Shown here: piece by piece, positions 39,516 through 52,800 of the stretch
Layout: every line of letters begins with the position of its first letter
Numbering within the stretch: the first letter of the stretch is position 1
Origin: Balanoglossus misakiensis
Lineage: Eukaryota > Animalia > Hemichordata
Reading direction: 5' to 3'
DNA length: 64,000 bases
Assembly (NCBI GenBank): GCA_040954595.2
Contig: CM082590.2
Location: 9,760,088 to 9,824,087, forward strand
The notes under the pieces: generated by a model
Told to the model about the DNA's origin: nothing
What the model saw: the letters and a program-made list of their open reading frames with translations, nothing else
The model's database searches: none
Position numbers and translations under genes: made by a program

Positions 39516-42500
39516 TCACTTGTGTGTTTTCATATGTTTGAAAAGATTCTCTCGTAGTTTGCAACGGTAGCCACATTTGTCACACTGCCAGGGTCGTTCG
39601 TTGCTGTGCGCAGACTGGACATGGGACTTTAGTGTTGATTTCAGTTTAAACACACGAGGGCAGTGATCACACTTGTGACGAGGAATGTCGTGTTTTCTGA
39701 GATGCGATGTCAAATACTCCTTTTTGGAAAAACTCTTGCCACATATCTCACAGAGGAATGTAACCATTCTAGTTTTAGAAACATCTTTACGATGATCAGC
39801 ATACTCTTTATGTGAGTTGAATTTTTTGCCGCAACATTTACAAGGATAGACCCTAGTACGTTCACCATGTAACTCCATGTGTATTCGAAAACCAGCCTTT
39901 TTTCGAAACGTTTTGTTGCAGTGAGTACATTTAAACTCTCGTCCGGTGTGCCTGTTAATAGCATGTTTCTTGAAAAGTTTTGGATCATTGAATTTTTCAC
40001 CACATAAGTCACAAGTCTTTGAATACATTGCATGTTTTTCTTCATGGGTTGCTCTGTTTGATTCAAAGACAAATATACTCGGACATATTCTGCATTTGAA
40101 CATACTATCTTTGTGATGTTTTTTATGTCTAATAAGGTCTACAGTTGTTTTGAAGACTTTGTCACAAACATCGCATTTAAACTCTTTTCTTACATGTTCT
40201 TCTTGAATGTGTTTGTATCTTGTATAATGATGTAAAAACACCTCATCGCATAAACGACAGGGTTTCAGTATAACCTCCGAGGCATGAAAATCAACCACAT
40301 GATCCGGCAGATCTTTGAATACAACTTCTACTTTGCAAAAAGTACATATCCGTGTCCTGCAAACGCCTCCAGCAATGTGCAATTCCAAACTTTGTTGACT
40401 GCAATGACCGAATCCACATTTGTCGCAAACAAACGGCTTGTTGCGCTGTTTATAAGTCGCAGCTTCTCTGATCTTCTCTCTGTCCATTTCAGGTTTCTTG
40501 ATCCGACGATCACGAACACGTCTCTTGTTCCGTATTCTCATTTTCTCGCTAGCAGTATCATCTTTGTCCATCAGTCGCTTAGCAACACGATGAATCTCCT
40601 CATCCTTACTTCCCTCATCATCAGAACTGTCCAAAGCGTTTCCAGACACACAATTATTTCCACTACCTCTTTCCATGAAAATTCGGGATGGTGATACAAC
40701 ATCCTCAAATTCTTCCATCTCATCTAAAGCTGCAGATATTCCTCTCTCCTTTGGATCCTCAGAATTCCAACCATTAAAATCACCAATTTCAACGTCACAC
40801 GGAGCCATTTTAAGTCCTCTTCCTTTGAACTCTCTCACCAGATTGCGACTGCCCATAAACTGAGACGATATTTCATCTTCTGAGGTGATTACAAACACAG
40901 TCCAATCCAGTTTCTCAATCAAATCTTCACACTGAAAACACAATATGGTGACATTAGGATTTCATGAGGTAGCATATGATATATTCTTATAAGAATGAAA
41001 TGGAAAGCTGGAAAAACATGGCTTTTCATGAAAAGGTGTCCAGTCCATAGTCCAATCCAGTTTCTCAATCAACTCTTCATACTGAAAACACAATATGATG
41101 ATTTTAATGAGGTACCACATGATATATGTGTACATTAAGTACTGAAAACACAATATGATGATTTTAATGAGGTACCACATGATATATGTGTACATTAAGT
41201 ATGTAATGTATCTATGTATGTGTTTGTGTATGACTAATGTATCGTATGTGAATGCATGTATGATTGAGATAGCATCCTCTGTCTTCATGTCTGTATTACT
41301 TGCCTATACGCACACGGCCCAAATGTACAATTATTGGAGCAAGGTTTATGATTCACTGAAGTGAGAAAACAACTATGATTTACACAAATCCAAACAATCA
41401 ATGTAATCACAAGGTATATCCCGGCTAACACATTATTTTCAAAACCACGCGTGGAGTGACCATGACTTTGCGGTAATCATGTCCACCAAACTTACCAGCA
41501 TAAACAAATCTTTCTTCTCCGACAAAATCTCCCTCTGTTCTGCTAAAGATACTGCAGTTCCCTTCCAGCTCCTTGCACAAGATGTCGCCTGTTTATCCAA
41601 AGCATTGAAATGAAGCTCGGTAGATTGACTGATTTCCACATCGCAAGGAGTCATCTTCAATCCCCTTCCTCTAAATTCCCTGACAAAGTCTTGACTTCCC
41701 ACATATTGAGACGATATTCCATCTTCTGAAATAATCACAAAGACACCATTCCCTCTCTTCATCATCTCCTGACACTAAAGTAAGAAAAAGAAAAGAGAAA
41801 TGTTTATGTAAACATTACCATATAACTACTGGTACCGTGTGATGTGTTACCTGCTTACATGTCATTGGTTGAAAGCTGATTACATGATTTTAATCCAAGT
41901 CAAACTGGTTTGAACCAGTTCAAAGAACTACCAAAATGTTAGAATGCATCTCCTCACACTAGACAGGAAGATGGTGAGGGAGGGAGAGAGAGAGAAGAGA
42001 CGAGACAGAGACAGAGAGAGAAACATACTTAAGCTTGAGAGAGAAAGTCAGAGAGAGAGAGAGTGGAATAGAGAGAGAGGGAGAGTGAGAGAGAGAGAGT
42101 GAGAGAGAGGGAGAGTGAGAGAGAGAGATAGAGTGAGAGAGAGAAACATACTTAAGCTTGAGAGAGAAAGTCAGAGAGAGAGAGAGAGTGGAATAGAGAG
42201 AGAGTGAGAGAGAGGGAGAGTGAGAGAGAGAGAGTGAGAGAGAGGGAGAGTGAGAGAGAGGGAGAGTGAGAGAGAGAGATAGAGTGAGAGAGAGAGACAC
42301 AGTCAGAGAGAGAGAGAGTGGAATAGAGAGAGAGTGAGAGAGAGAGAGTGAGAGAGAGGGAGAGTGAGAGAGAGAGATAGAGTGAGAGAGAGAGAGAGAG
42401 TGAGAGAGAGAGTGAGAGAGAGGGAGAGTGAGAGAGAGAGATAGAAGAGAGAAAGAGAGTGAGACAGAGAGAGAGGTTGAGAGAGAGAGAGAGAGAGGTC

Positions 42501-42578
42501 GAGCGAGACAAAGACAGAAACATACTTAAGCTTGAGAGAGAGAGACAGTCAGAGAGAGAGAGAGAGAGAGAGTGGAAT

Positions 42579-42609
<31 letters not shown>

Positions 42610-42875
42610 GAGAGATTGCAGACAGAGGGACAGGGGTATCATTATATCCACAAGACCTACTCGCATGACAGGTTTTTGATTTTTGAGACAATCTTCTGAG
42701 ATGATCACAATTGCACTGCATCCAAGCTACTGTCTATGGTGAAATGAATCATTGTGTGCGGGTTGCAAGAAACATATTCTTAACAACTCACCTTTTCGAA
42801 CACACAGTTTTTGAGCAGTGCATCCACACCTTTCGACAGCATTGCCAGAGTTGGGGTGACTGATATCGTATCCAT
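39516..42875 (-). CDS. C2H2 zinc-finger protein (~592 aa, ~11 fingers) with a duplicated N-terminal module
   Basis: Exons 42875-42792 (ATG, donor GTGAGT; least certain), 41774-41496 and 40931-39516 (stop), all phase 0. The last exon has repeated C-x2-C-x12-H-x3/4-H motifs, e.g. FLCEICGKSFSKKEYLTSHLRKH and WQCDKCGYRCKLRENLFKHMKTH. Confidence 0.9.
41975..42615. repeat. Complex (GA)n microsatellite with higher-order repeats, in ZNF intron 1
   Basis: GA/GAGT runs are interrupted three times by aaacatacttaagcttgagag. Confidence 0.92.
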
Positions 42876-43892
42876 GGTAACCACATCAGAGCAACCTCCT
42901 GTTGATGTCGATGTGTTACTTGAACTTTGACTCTGCTATCTGGACACTTGGTGGCGCTCTATACAATCTAGCACATCTACCTCGGACAAATATATTTTAA
43001 AAAAGTTAATTTTCTGTTGGTTGTAAACATTTAAATTCGTTGTAACATCACAAAATAAAACAACTCATATAGCAAGATGTTAAGAAACCAATTTATCCCA
43101 ATCTTACTCTATATCAGAAGTTTTAGCAAAAGAATAATAATATCTATATCGATCAATCTTTAATCATTAAGCATTTACATTATAGTGGTTAAGGTGGTAT
43201 GCATCCTCCAAAGAAATTAAATGGTTCTCCACTGACTGGTATATACAGTAAAACCTGTATAACTCTTAACTGGACACCGAAGGGACTGTAAAAATTGTTT
43301 GGTTTAGACATGTTTTACTGTTTGTGATAGAAAATGCAAATTCTTTTATTGAAACTCTGCATGAACTCTGATACACTTCCACTATTGCAAATAAATCATT
43401 TCTGAGTAATGGTAAATGGCATGGATGGTTTCACAAACAAAATCATCGGTCATTTCACTCAGAATCCTGCCAAATTGGGGAAAATTAAAATACATCAGGT
43501 TTGCAATGAAGCTAAGAGTACAATCTTAGACACACATCATTTCACACCTCCAAAGGAACAGAACAGAATGGACATTGCAGCTGCCAAAACTGATGCAATA
43601 TTTTACTCATTCCAGCCTCTGCCAATGTGCCAATCACACTATATAGACAACAGAGAAAGACCGACGCATGAGTCGAGCATGGCAGTAAATCATGCATATT
43701 TATACCTGCAACCAGAGCCCAATACAATACACCAGCACCCTATTTTTCAAACGCTGTTACTTTTAGTTATATTTAAATATGTTAATGATGCATACACAGT
43801 TTACTTTAAATGATGGCAAAGCTTTGACAGCAGAGTCACTCGAAGAACAGTCCTAAGCAGACCATCATCTGAAATCGATCGTGATTTCCACG

Positions 43893-46800
43893 ATGGGTTG
43901 TCAAAGTATGCGGAGAGTGCTAGCGCTGTTGATATTCAAACTTCAACTGTATTCGTTGGCTGATGGCATTTTTGGTGAGTTATTTTGTCTGTCTTTGTAA
44001 GAGACTACAGTAGATACTAGCTATCAATGAAAGCTAACAAATATATTGTACAAAAAACAAACAGAACTGGCGGCTAGTCTAAACTGATTATGGCATATTT
44101 CTGAAAGTCTTTTACGATTTTTGGTACATTTCTTTGTCTACATATGATGGTAGGACAAAACTTGAGAGCAAAAGTACTTATATGCATAAAAACAATTTTA
44201 AACCAATTATAGGTATAAAAACACACCACAATTTGATTTCAAAGTTTTGTTCAGTCAAAGAAGCTATTCTCCATGTAGAAGAAAAACATTTACTGGTAAA
44301 GCTGTGTTTCTATGCAACAATTTTTTAAGTGACTAAAGTTAGTGAATTATAAGCTACAGGTATTCACTCACTGCATTTAATAATCTCTGTCTCTCTCTCA
44401 ACCTCTCTCTCTGTCTCTCTCTCTCTCTTTTCTCTCTCTCTTCTCTCTCTCTCTATTCCACTCTCTCTCTCAACCTCTCTCTCTCTCTGTCTGTCTCTCA
44501 ACCTCTCTCTCTCTGTCTCTCTCTCAACCTCTCTCCCTCTCTGTCTCTCTCTCAACCTCTCTCTCTCTGTCTGTCTCTCAACCTCTCTCTCTCTGTCTCT
44601 CTCTCAACCTCTCTCTCTCTCTGTCTCTCTCTCAACCTCTCTCTCTCTCTCTATTCTACTTTCTCTCTGACTGTCTCTCTAAGGCTTAAAATTTAATTGC
44701 AAACTGTATTCCTGCACTGAGACCTAACATTAATGTTCGCTGTGAGAATGTCTTTAAAGTGTAACACTGTTAATGAAACTAACTGAATTGATGGTTGTAT
44801 ACAGCACATATCATGCTCAGTTTCTAGCTCACATTGCAGTAATATTATACTCGTCTGTAGATTGATTGATTGATTGGTTGAGGGACTGATTGATTGATTA
44901 TTCTCAGACGGTCACTACGACGATTTCCCACTTTATGATGAAAAATGCATGGGTAGCGATCTGGAGCAGAAGACGCTTGTCTTCGACGGACAGTCAAGTC
45001 AGGTGACTATTGACGAACCAATCCCAGACCTGACAGAGTTCACCCTCTGTTGGTGGATGCGATCAGACGCTGGAGACAACACCGGTACAATGGTCAGTTA
45101 TTACGCGGGACCAGACGCCAGCTTCCAGTTTGAGAACCCCTCGAATTTGAAACTTTCCGTGAACAACGTCAACGGAGAAGACTCGGGTCTGGAAGCAAAC
45201 TATGGAGAATGGCATCATATATGCGTCACTTGGAAGAATTTTGAAGATATAGATAATCAAGGTGTCTATGAGGTAAATTTATGCAGTTGGATTCTTGAGT
45301 GTATCAATGAGTTTAAAGGGACAAAGTCTCTCTCTCGCTACCCTTTTTCTTTAATTATGTTTGATACAAGACACCGTTTATGTTAATGTACATGTGTAAA
45401 TGTAGTGAATGAACGTTCAACCACATACACCTTCCATCCCACTTGTAGACACGAGAGTGAAAAACTTGCCAAAATGAATAAATGGTAAACACCGATTATT
45501 CATTTTGGCGAGATTTTTACTCTCATATCCTACAAATGGGATGGAAGTTGTGTGTAGTCGAATGTTGATTCACTATATATCCACATGTACAAGTAACTTG
45601 ATGTGGTAGTTTTGATAAAACCATACCAGCAAAAGTGATTCGGTGATATTTTGATCTATTCACCATACTGCACGCTAAATAAACAACAGACAACTGTTTC
45701 AGAAAACATCAGTTTTTCAGTCTCGATGGCAGATTGTACTGTCAACATCCCTGGTAGGTGATGTATCGGTAAAGATCTGTAACACACGTTCCCTTTGTAT
45801 GTACCAGAATGGTCTCTCCTATACAGACAGACAGGTGTACCGGACATGTATGCAAGTACTAAAATTGGGTACACCCCAAAATATGGTCACCACAGACACA
45901 TTACCTAGAATCACAGAATACAAATTGTACACTGGGTAAAAAACAAATGCAATATGGTGAACTGACAAATCTGTGTGTACCAACTAAACACTCAGAATTT
46001 TGGATTAAAAACGGCCCAAATGTTCACTTCTGTCTCATATTTGACTGGCAGGTGTCAAAATAAGTTATTGCCTCAGTCCAGGGGAAAAATCATGTTCCCA
46101 TATTCCTGAATATACTTTATGAGACCCCGATGACACACAGGAAGTATCTATAAATGCTGGTAGCTCATGGTGTTTTTTTATTTGACATTTCGACCAAAAT
46201 ATCTTTTCTTTTCAAATGCGTCACGTATTGCTTGCTTTACGATGAATTGGTTTTAACTCACAGAAGATGTATATGGTTACAATATTCTTTCCACAGGTTT
46301 CAGATTTGATTCACTGAATCACAATCTTTAAACCTTTCATCCCCAGTTTCCTCTTTAAAGGACCAACTCTACCACAACGTACAATGAAATGTAAAGTAAC
46401 AACCATACCATTTTCAATGATGTATATTATAGCAGTTACACTTTGCACCTACATAACTTGATAACAACTGTGTCATATTGATTCCATAGCAGAAGTCACA
46501 GATAAAACAACGCCAATCCTTTGAAGTGAAGTGGTCGTCGCGCCGCATTTGTTTGTTTATAAACATTACAATTCATCCACAAATCCCTCAAATAAGATCA
46601 TTCTTAGAATGAACAAAGCAGTCAACTGTAGCGTAGACTGGGCATGACAACAACTGAAGATCCTGGTAGATCGTGGCAACTGCAGTGAGGTTTGTGCTGG
46701 TATGGGAGGACATATTCTCATCAAGGGGGACACCCTCATGGCACGACGACCCCTTCCCTTTAAGGATATCATTTCATATTGTTAGGAAGCGATTAAATTT

Positions 46801-49800
46801 AGTTTGCACTTTTACTTTCAATTGTTTTCATAATTGCTTGTGGCAAGTGTTATTGAGCCTTGACATTTTTTCCTGCCTATTACAACTCTAAATTTAACTT
46901 CTGAATAGAGATTGAGCTAGTATTGATATCAGGCGATCAAAACAATTGAAGGGGCGGAATGGAAGATTATTTTGGGCATCTCAGTCATGCAGATAAAAGA
47001 TACTGGCCTGGGTGTGGGTGGCAATTATTTATCTGAAGCGTACAGAGAACATATTTTGTGCAATGTGATGGTTTTATATCAGGTATAAAGTCATCTATAC
47101 ACAATTTTAATTACCATGGAAAATTGACATAAACAGATTTTCAGGGGCTAGCTGACAGACACGCAAAAAAGTGCACGGACATCACACAGTGCTCTTAACT
47201 GAAAGTCACTGTGGCTGTTAAAAATACTCTATGACCTCTGCAAGTACAGCAAGATACTGATATCACGAGGTCAAAACAAACAGCCAATAACAGTTATTTT
47301 GGGATACCTCAGCTAAAAGGAGCAGGCATGTTGAAATGTGCTGGTTTTCATTAATCAAAAGAAATCCAAAATAAGGCATTGACATTTTGTGCATATAGAC
47401 TAGAAGGATCCTAACTTAGCTAAGTTTTCTCAGACTTCTGGAAACAATACATCACACCTCATCAAACAATGATAATCCTAGAGAATACGCTTTAGTATTT
47501 GAGAGAAAATTGTCTTTTTGTTTTCCTGATAAGTTTACAAAGATGGTTATGGGTAGACAAGACTTCATCTACTGTTGGTACTCATTTTGTCAACAGTTTC
47601 ATCTTTGCTAATGAGGTCTTCATTTACGAGGACTGTCTTGTACACAAGACATCTTCTTTCTTTCATATAAACTTAACCCTTTCACCACCATGGTTCAGTC
47701 CATACCCATTGCTTTCCATGGTAAGGTTGGACCTCTAAAGAGAGAACTGGGGGTGAAAGGGTTAAATGTCTACATTTTACATGGCTATACTGCAGGTATT
47801 GTTATTCAAGAGATAAAAAATACCTTTTTTGTTTTCTTGATAGATTTACAAAGATGGGAAGTTATTCTTCGAAGGGTTTGGTATGGCCATCAACGACACT
47901 ATCCCAGGTGGTGGAACACTGCTTCTTGGGAAACCAAACTCTGAATTGTCCGGAAGCGCCTACGAGGGAGAAATGACACAGTTCAACATGTGGAGTACTA
48001 AATTGGACGATGACGCCATCCAGGTATGTGAGAATAGGCTGATATTCAACTAGAAAAATGCTATTACAGAAATATACACACCATCACACAAGTATACTAT
48101 TAAACAGTGATCCTGTCCAAGTGCCAATTACAATTATACTGCCAACTGGATAAATTGATCTTAACACACATTTTCTCCACATTTAACTCTTTCAACCCCA
48201 GTTTCCAACCTTACTCCGACTGAACCACTGTGGTGGAAATAAAGCCCCCTTTTCAGTCCCTGTATGGGACTGTTTATTGGGAAACAAAAAGGAAACAAAT
48301 GTTGACTGCGCCTGTGCCATGTATATGGCCCTTTAAGATATTTTTGTATGAAAATTGAAGGCACAATTATCACTCTACATGATAAACTGTCATCTAAGTC
48401 TGACAAGTATAATTATTCTGATATTTGCAGGCATTGTCTGAAGACAGTAACAATAAAGGATGTGGTGATGTTGTTTACTGGACTTCAATCGACCGCGATG
48501 ACTTGACCTCAGTTGGAGAAAGAGATACAGAGCTTCCAGAAAGTGAGTCAAGATGTGATCAGGGTGTCAAAAATCTATTGTGAAACCATGCACCTAAATT
48601 GACCAAAATCAATACAGAGTATGATGAGACTTCCATTTTGCAAAAAGAAATGTCCTTGGATTTTATTAACAATTATATAGTCAAGAATTTATAAGTGATT
48701 AAAGGCGCTCTCACAAAATATTGTCCTTTTCTCTCACTCCAGATCCAAGCTATCCGCGCCATTGTAAGTTAGACGCAAAGGACAACATATGGAACTTTGA
48801 TGGCAGCAGTCACGTGAAACTGGACAAACCGTTGCCCGAGTTGAACGAGTTTACGATCTGCATGTGGATGCGAATCTCAGACACGACAAATGTACAGCAG
48901 ACGATCTTCAGCTACCTGGTAGATGGTGACGACACTGGAAGCATTGTATTGACCAATCCCGGAGATCTGACACTGCGGATAAACGACAGATTGGAGAGAG
49001 ATTCCAGAGTTGGCGTTCAGGCTGACGGCCAATGGCACCATGTCTGTGTCACATGGAACAGTAAGAACGGTTTACACAGGTATTACATAGATGGTGTCTC
49101 TACGCGCCGTAGGAAGCTGGCCACAGACCTAGTTATTCGCAAAGGTGGAACCTTGGTGATAGGTCAGAAACAGACCAACACTTTTGGTCTTGATCCCTAT
49201 AGCGGCATTGACGGTCAGATCACAGACTTCAACATGTGGACAGAAGAGTTACATGTCGATGATATCACGGTGAGAAGAATTGTTACTTTTTCTGATTTTG
49301 ATTCGCGTTTGAAATTGAAAAACAGTCAAATCTGACAGTGTTTTAGTGGCCACCTTTATATAGTGGCCACTTTGTTGCAGTCCATGTATAATTTACATGT
49401 ACATTTACATTAATTGACCTGTCTATAATTATAAAGACCATCTGTCTATGCACCGTAAGGGCCAGTTTAGGAAGTTCATTGACTGGCCACTATAGACAGG
49501 TTGGACTGCAACTTCACTGCACACTACATGTTGTTATATGATTATTTGTATAATGACCATTGCTGTGACACATGTATGTCTATCTATTCACAGGACATGT
49601 ATCGTAACAGATGTGTTAACAGAACCTGTGGAGACCTTCTGGATTCATCTTACTTCACAGAGAGCATGATGTCAGGAGTAACAGTGGAGAAATTTGCAGA
49701 TGGCGATGATATGAAATGTCGTAAGTTAAAGACACACAATCACCTGTACAAAATTATATAGCTACAGCTTCCATGGAAAGCTGAGATCTAGCCAATGTCA

Positions 49801-52800
49801 GATTATGCTATATACATTTGAAATACTAGGAGATATCAAACGTATAAAAAAATCATTGTTGCTGAAAATTAACATCAATTTATATAGGTCCCAGTCTGAT
49901 GAAAAAAACATTCCATTGGATACTGTGCTGAATATGTCCTGCAAGGCCTTGCTAAAGCAATAATGGAACTAGGAATACTCAAAGATAAATCCGTTTTCTA
50001 CTTTTATTGTTCACAGCCGTTGAAAACCCCTGTAGGCACGGTGTCTTTGATGATGAGCTGTGGATTGTTGACAACTCCGGTGGTTGGAGTCTGTCCCCAT
50101 TGCCTCAAGACGTTCCAGATCTGACCGAGTTCACCACTTGCTTTTGGATGAGCCTGGATGCGGACTACGCGAATCGAACCAACGTTCCCTTCAGCTACTT
50201 CGCCCCGGGAGACACCGAGGGCAGTATTGTGCTGGAAAACGTCAACGACCTCACTCTGATCATCAACAACCAACGAAGCGAACCGACCGGAATCAACTTG
50301 AACAACGGAACTTCCCACCTGCTCTGCATCAAATGGGACTCCACCGACGGAAGCTTCGTCATCTACGACAAGAAGGACGAACTCTACCGAGGCACCGGAT
50401 TGGCTGCTGGGGAAACTATCCCAGGTGGAGGCTCCCTTGTGATTGGCCAGAAACAGGGCAGTGTTGGTGGTGGTTTCAATAAAGAGGATGCTTTTTATGG
50501 CAAACTTCGGTATTTCAACTTCTATAGCCGTGCACTGACCATGAAAGGGATACGGGTAAGAGTTTTATCATTTTTAAATGTACGTTAACTGATTGATTGA
50601 CAGAATATGAGATTCGAATGTTCTCCTCAATTAACTTAATTACTAAAATCTGATACCACGCGAGGGTGTTAATAGAATTAGCAAGACTATGCGATTAGCG
50701 TCGCATCCACAGGACGTTCTGTACGCAGTCTTGAAGTAAGACTATAAGCCATATACTACTTATTTGTTTTCACTCATTCACTGTTTCCTAAACCACTTTT
50801 CAACCAGAGGGCTTCAAGAGCTTGCTTCCCTGACTGCGGAGATGTAGTGTCCTGGCACGAATTGTACTACTCTGATCTTATCAACATCCGGCACGTTCCA
50901 TTCACATGTGGCGGTAAGTGACACTGATGAATACAACCTCATCAAGCATGCAGCCCAAAATTCTGATCTTCTCAATTGTCAACTGAACCATGAGACTGCC
51001 TTATTTTTAAATAAACCATGAGAATTTCACTTTATGCGACAGATGACATATATGATTCTATCAGGGCGTAAAACCTGAGTGGCCTCATAGGCAAGATAAG
51101 CTGTATATTGAAGCACTACTATATAGAACCAAAACACTTTTAACCTGCCATTAAAATATAAGCGAATGATTCTACCACTACAACTGATCCGCACTGACAT
51201 TCTGTTATTGTTTACAGGTAAAGATATAGTTTATACAGAAGGACCCACTACGCCAGAACCTCCCACACCAGCCCCTCCCACACCAGCCCCTCCCACACCA
51301 GCCCCACCGACACCAGCCCCTCCCACTCCAGCCCCACCAACACCAGCCCCTCCCACACCAGCCCCTCCCACACCAGCCCCTCCCACACCAGCCCCTCCTA
51401 CTCCGGCCCCTCCTACTCCAGCCCCACCAACTCCAGCTCCACCAACTCCAGCCCCTCCCACACCAGCCCCTCCCACACCAGCCCCTCCTACTCCGGCCCC
51501 TCCTACTCCAGCCCCACCGACACCAGCCCCTCCTACTCCACCCCCTCCTACTCCAGCCCCTCCCACACCAGCCCCTCCAACACCAGCCCCACCCACACCA
51601 GCCCCTCCTACTCCGGCCCCTCCTACTCCAGCCCCTCCTACTCCAGCTCCACCAACTCCAGCCCCTCCCACACCAGCCCCACCCACACCAGCCCCTCCTA
51701 CTCCGGCCCCTCCCACACCAGCCCCTCCAACACCAGCCCCTCCTACCCAGGCCCCTCCCACACCAGCCCCTCCCACCCCGGCCCCTCCTACCCCAGCGCC
51801 ACCAACACCAGCCCCACCCACACCAGCCCCTCCCACCCAAGCCCCACCCACAACCCCAGAAGAACTCACACCTGCACCACCGACACCAGCCCCTCCCACA
51901 CCTCCACCACCATCAACGGAACCACCCACCCCAGAAATATCTACTCCAGCACCACCTACCCCAGCTGAACAAACACCAGCCCCTCCCCCACCATCAACGG
52001 AACCACCCACCCCAGAAATATCTACCCCAGCCCCTCCCACCCCCGCCCTACCCACAACCCCAGAAGAACTCACACCACCACCACCAACACCAGAACCATA
52101 CTGGACTTCAGAAGCACCAACAGAAAAGCCAACAGAACCCAAACCTACAGCAGAACCAACGCCCGCACCACCACCTTGCTTACCAGAGAAACCAATCAAC
52201 ATATGCCCCTGTCCTGATATCACTCAGCATTATACAAACTGCAGAGGTAAGTATGGAATGTCAAGATAAGTAGCTTGGGTATAGTAAGAAAATCACATTT
52301 TACCTGGATGCTTTCACATTGATTAGTATGGCCAAGATGTTAACGGTCGTTAGTATAGTACAGCCAGTTCAAACTGTGGAGTCCATAACTGATAAAACTG
52401 TAATCAAACAAAAAATGTTGTATGTTAACATTATCATCAGTTTTGAATCAACTGTTATAATCTTTTGAGAATTACTGTTCACTGCTAAATAAACCCACTT
52501 GCAAACTGGTGTTCATCCTCTGGAAAATCATAGTTTTTTTCCCTCTGCAAATATGCCAGTGTGAGTACAGTACTATAATAACCCTCTCACCACCATGTTG
52601 TGGTCCAAACCCATTGTTTCCTATGGAAAAGTTGGACCTCTAAACAGGCAAATGGGGTGAAAGGGTTATAACAGATCTTGCACCACAGATTCTTGTCAAG
52701 CTTACCTGCAAAACTTTCTCTGTCCTCAGCTCGTATCCCAGCCTGTCATGCAAACATCGCCTTCAAGAAATCTGCCGAACAAAGTTCTGGTTTCTGGCAC

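Noticed and set aside
41959-42721. Ser/Leu-rich and Arg/Glu-rich ORFs (also 44364-44555 and 6687-6944)
   Set aside because: They are translations of GA/CT microsatellites.
51205-52223. Minus-strand Gly-rich and Arg/Trp-rich ORFs
   Set aside because: They are antisense shadows of the PTPAP coding repeat.
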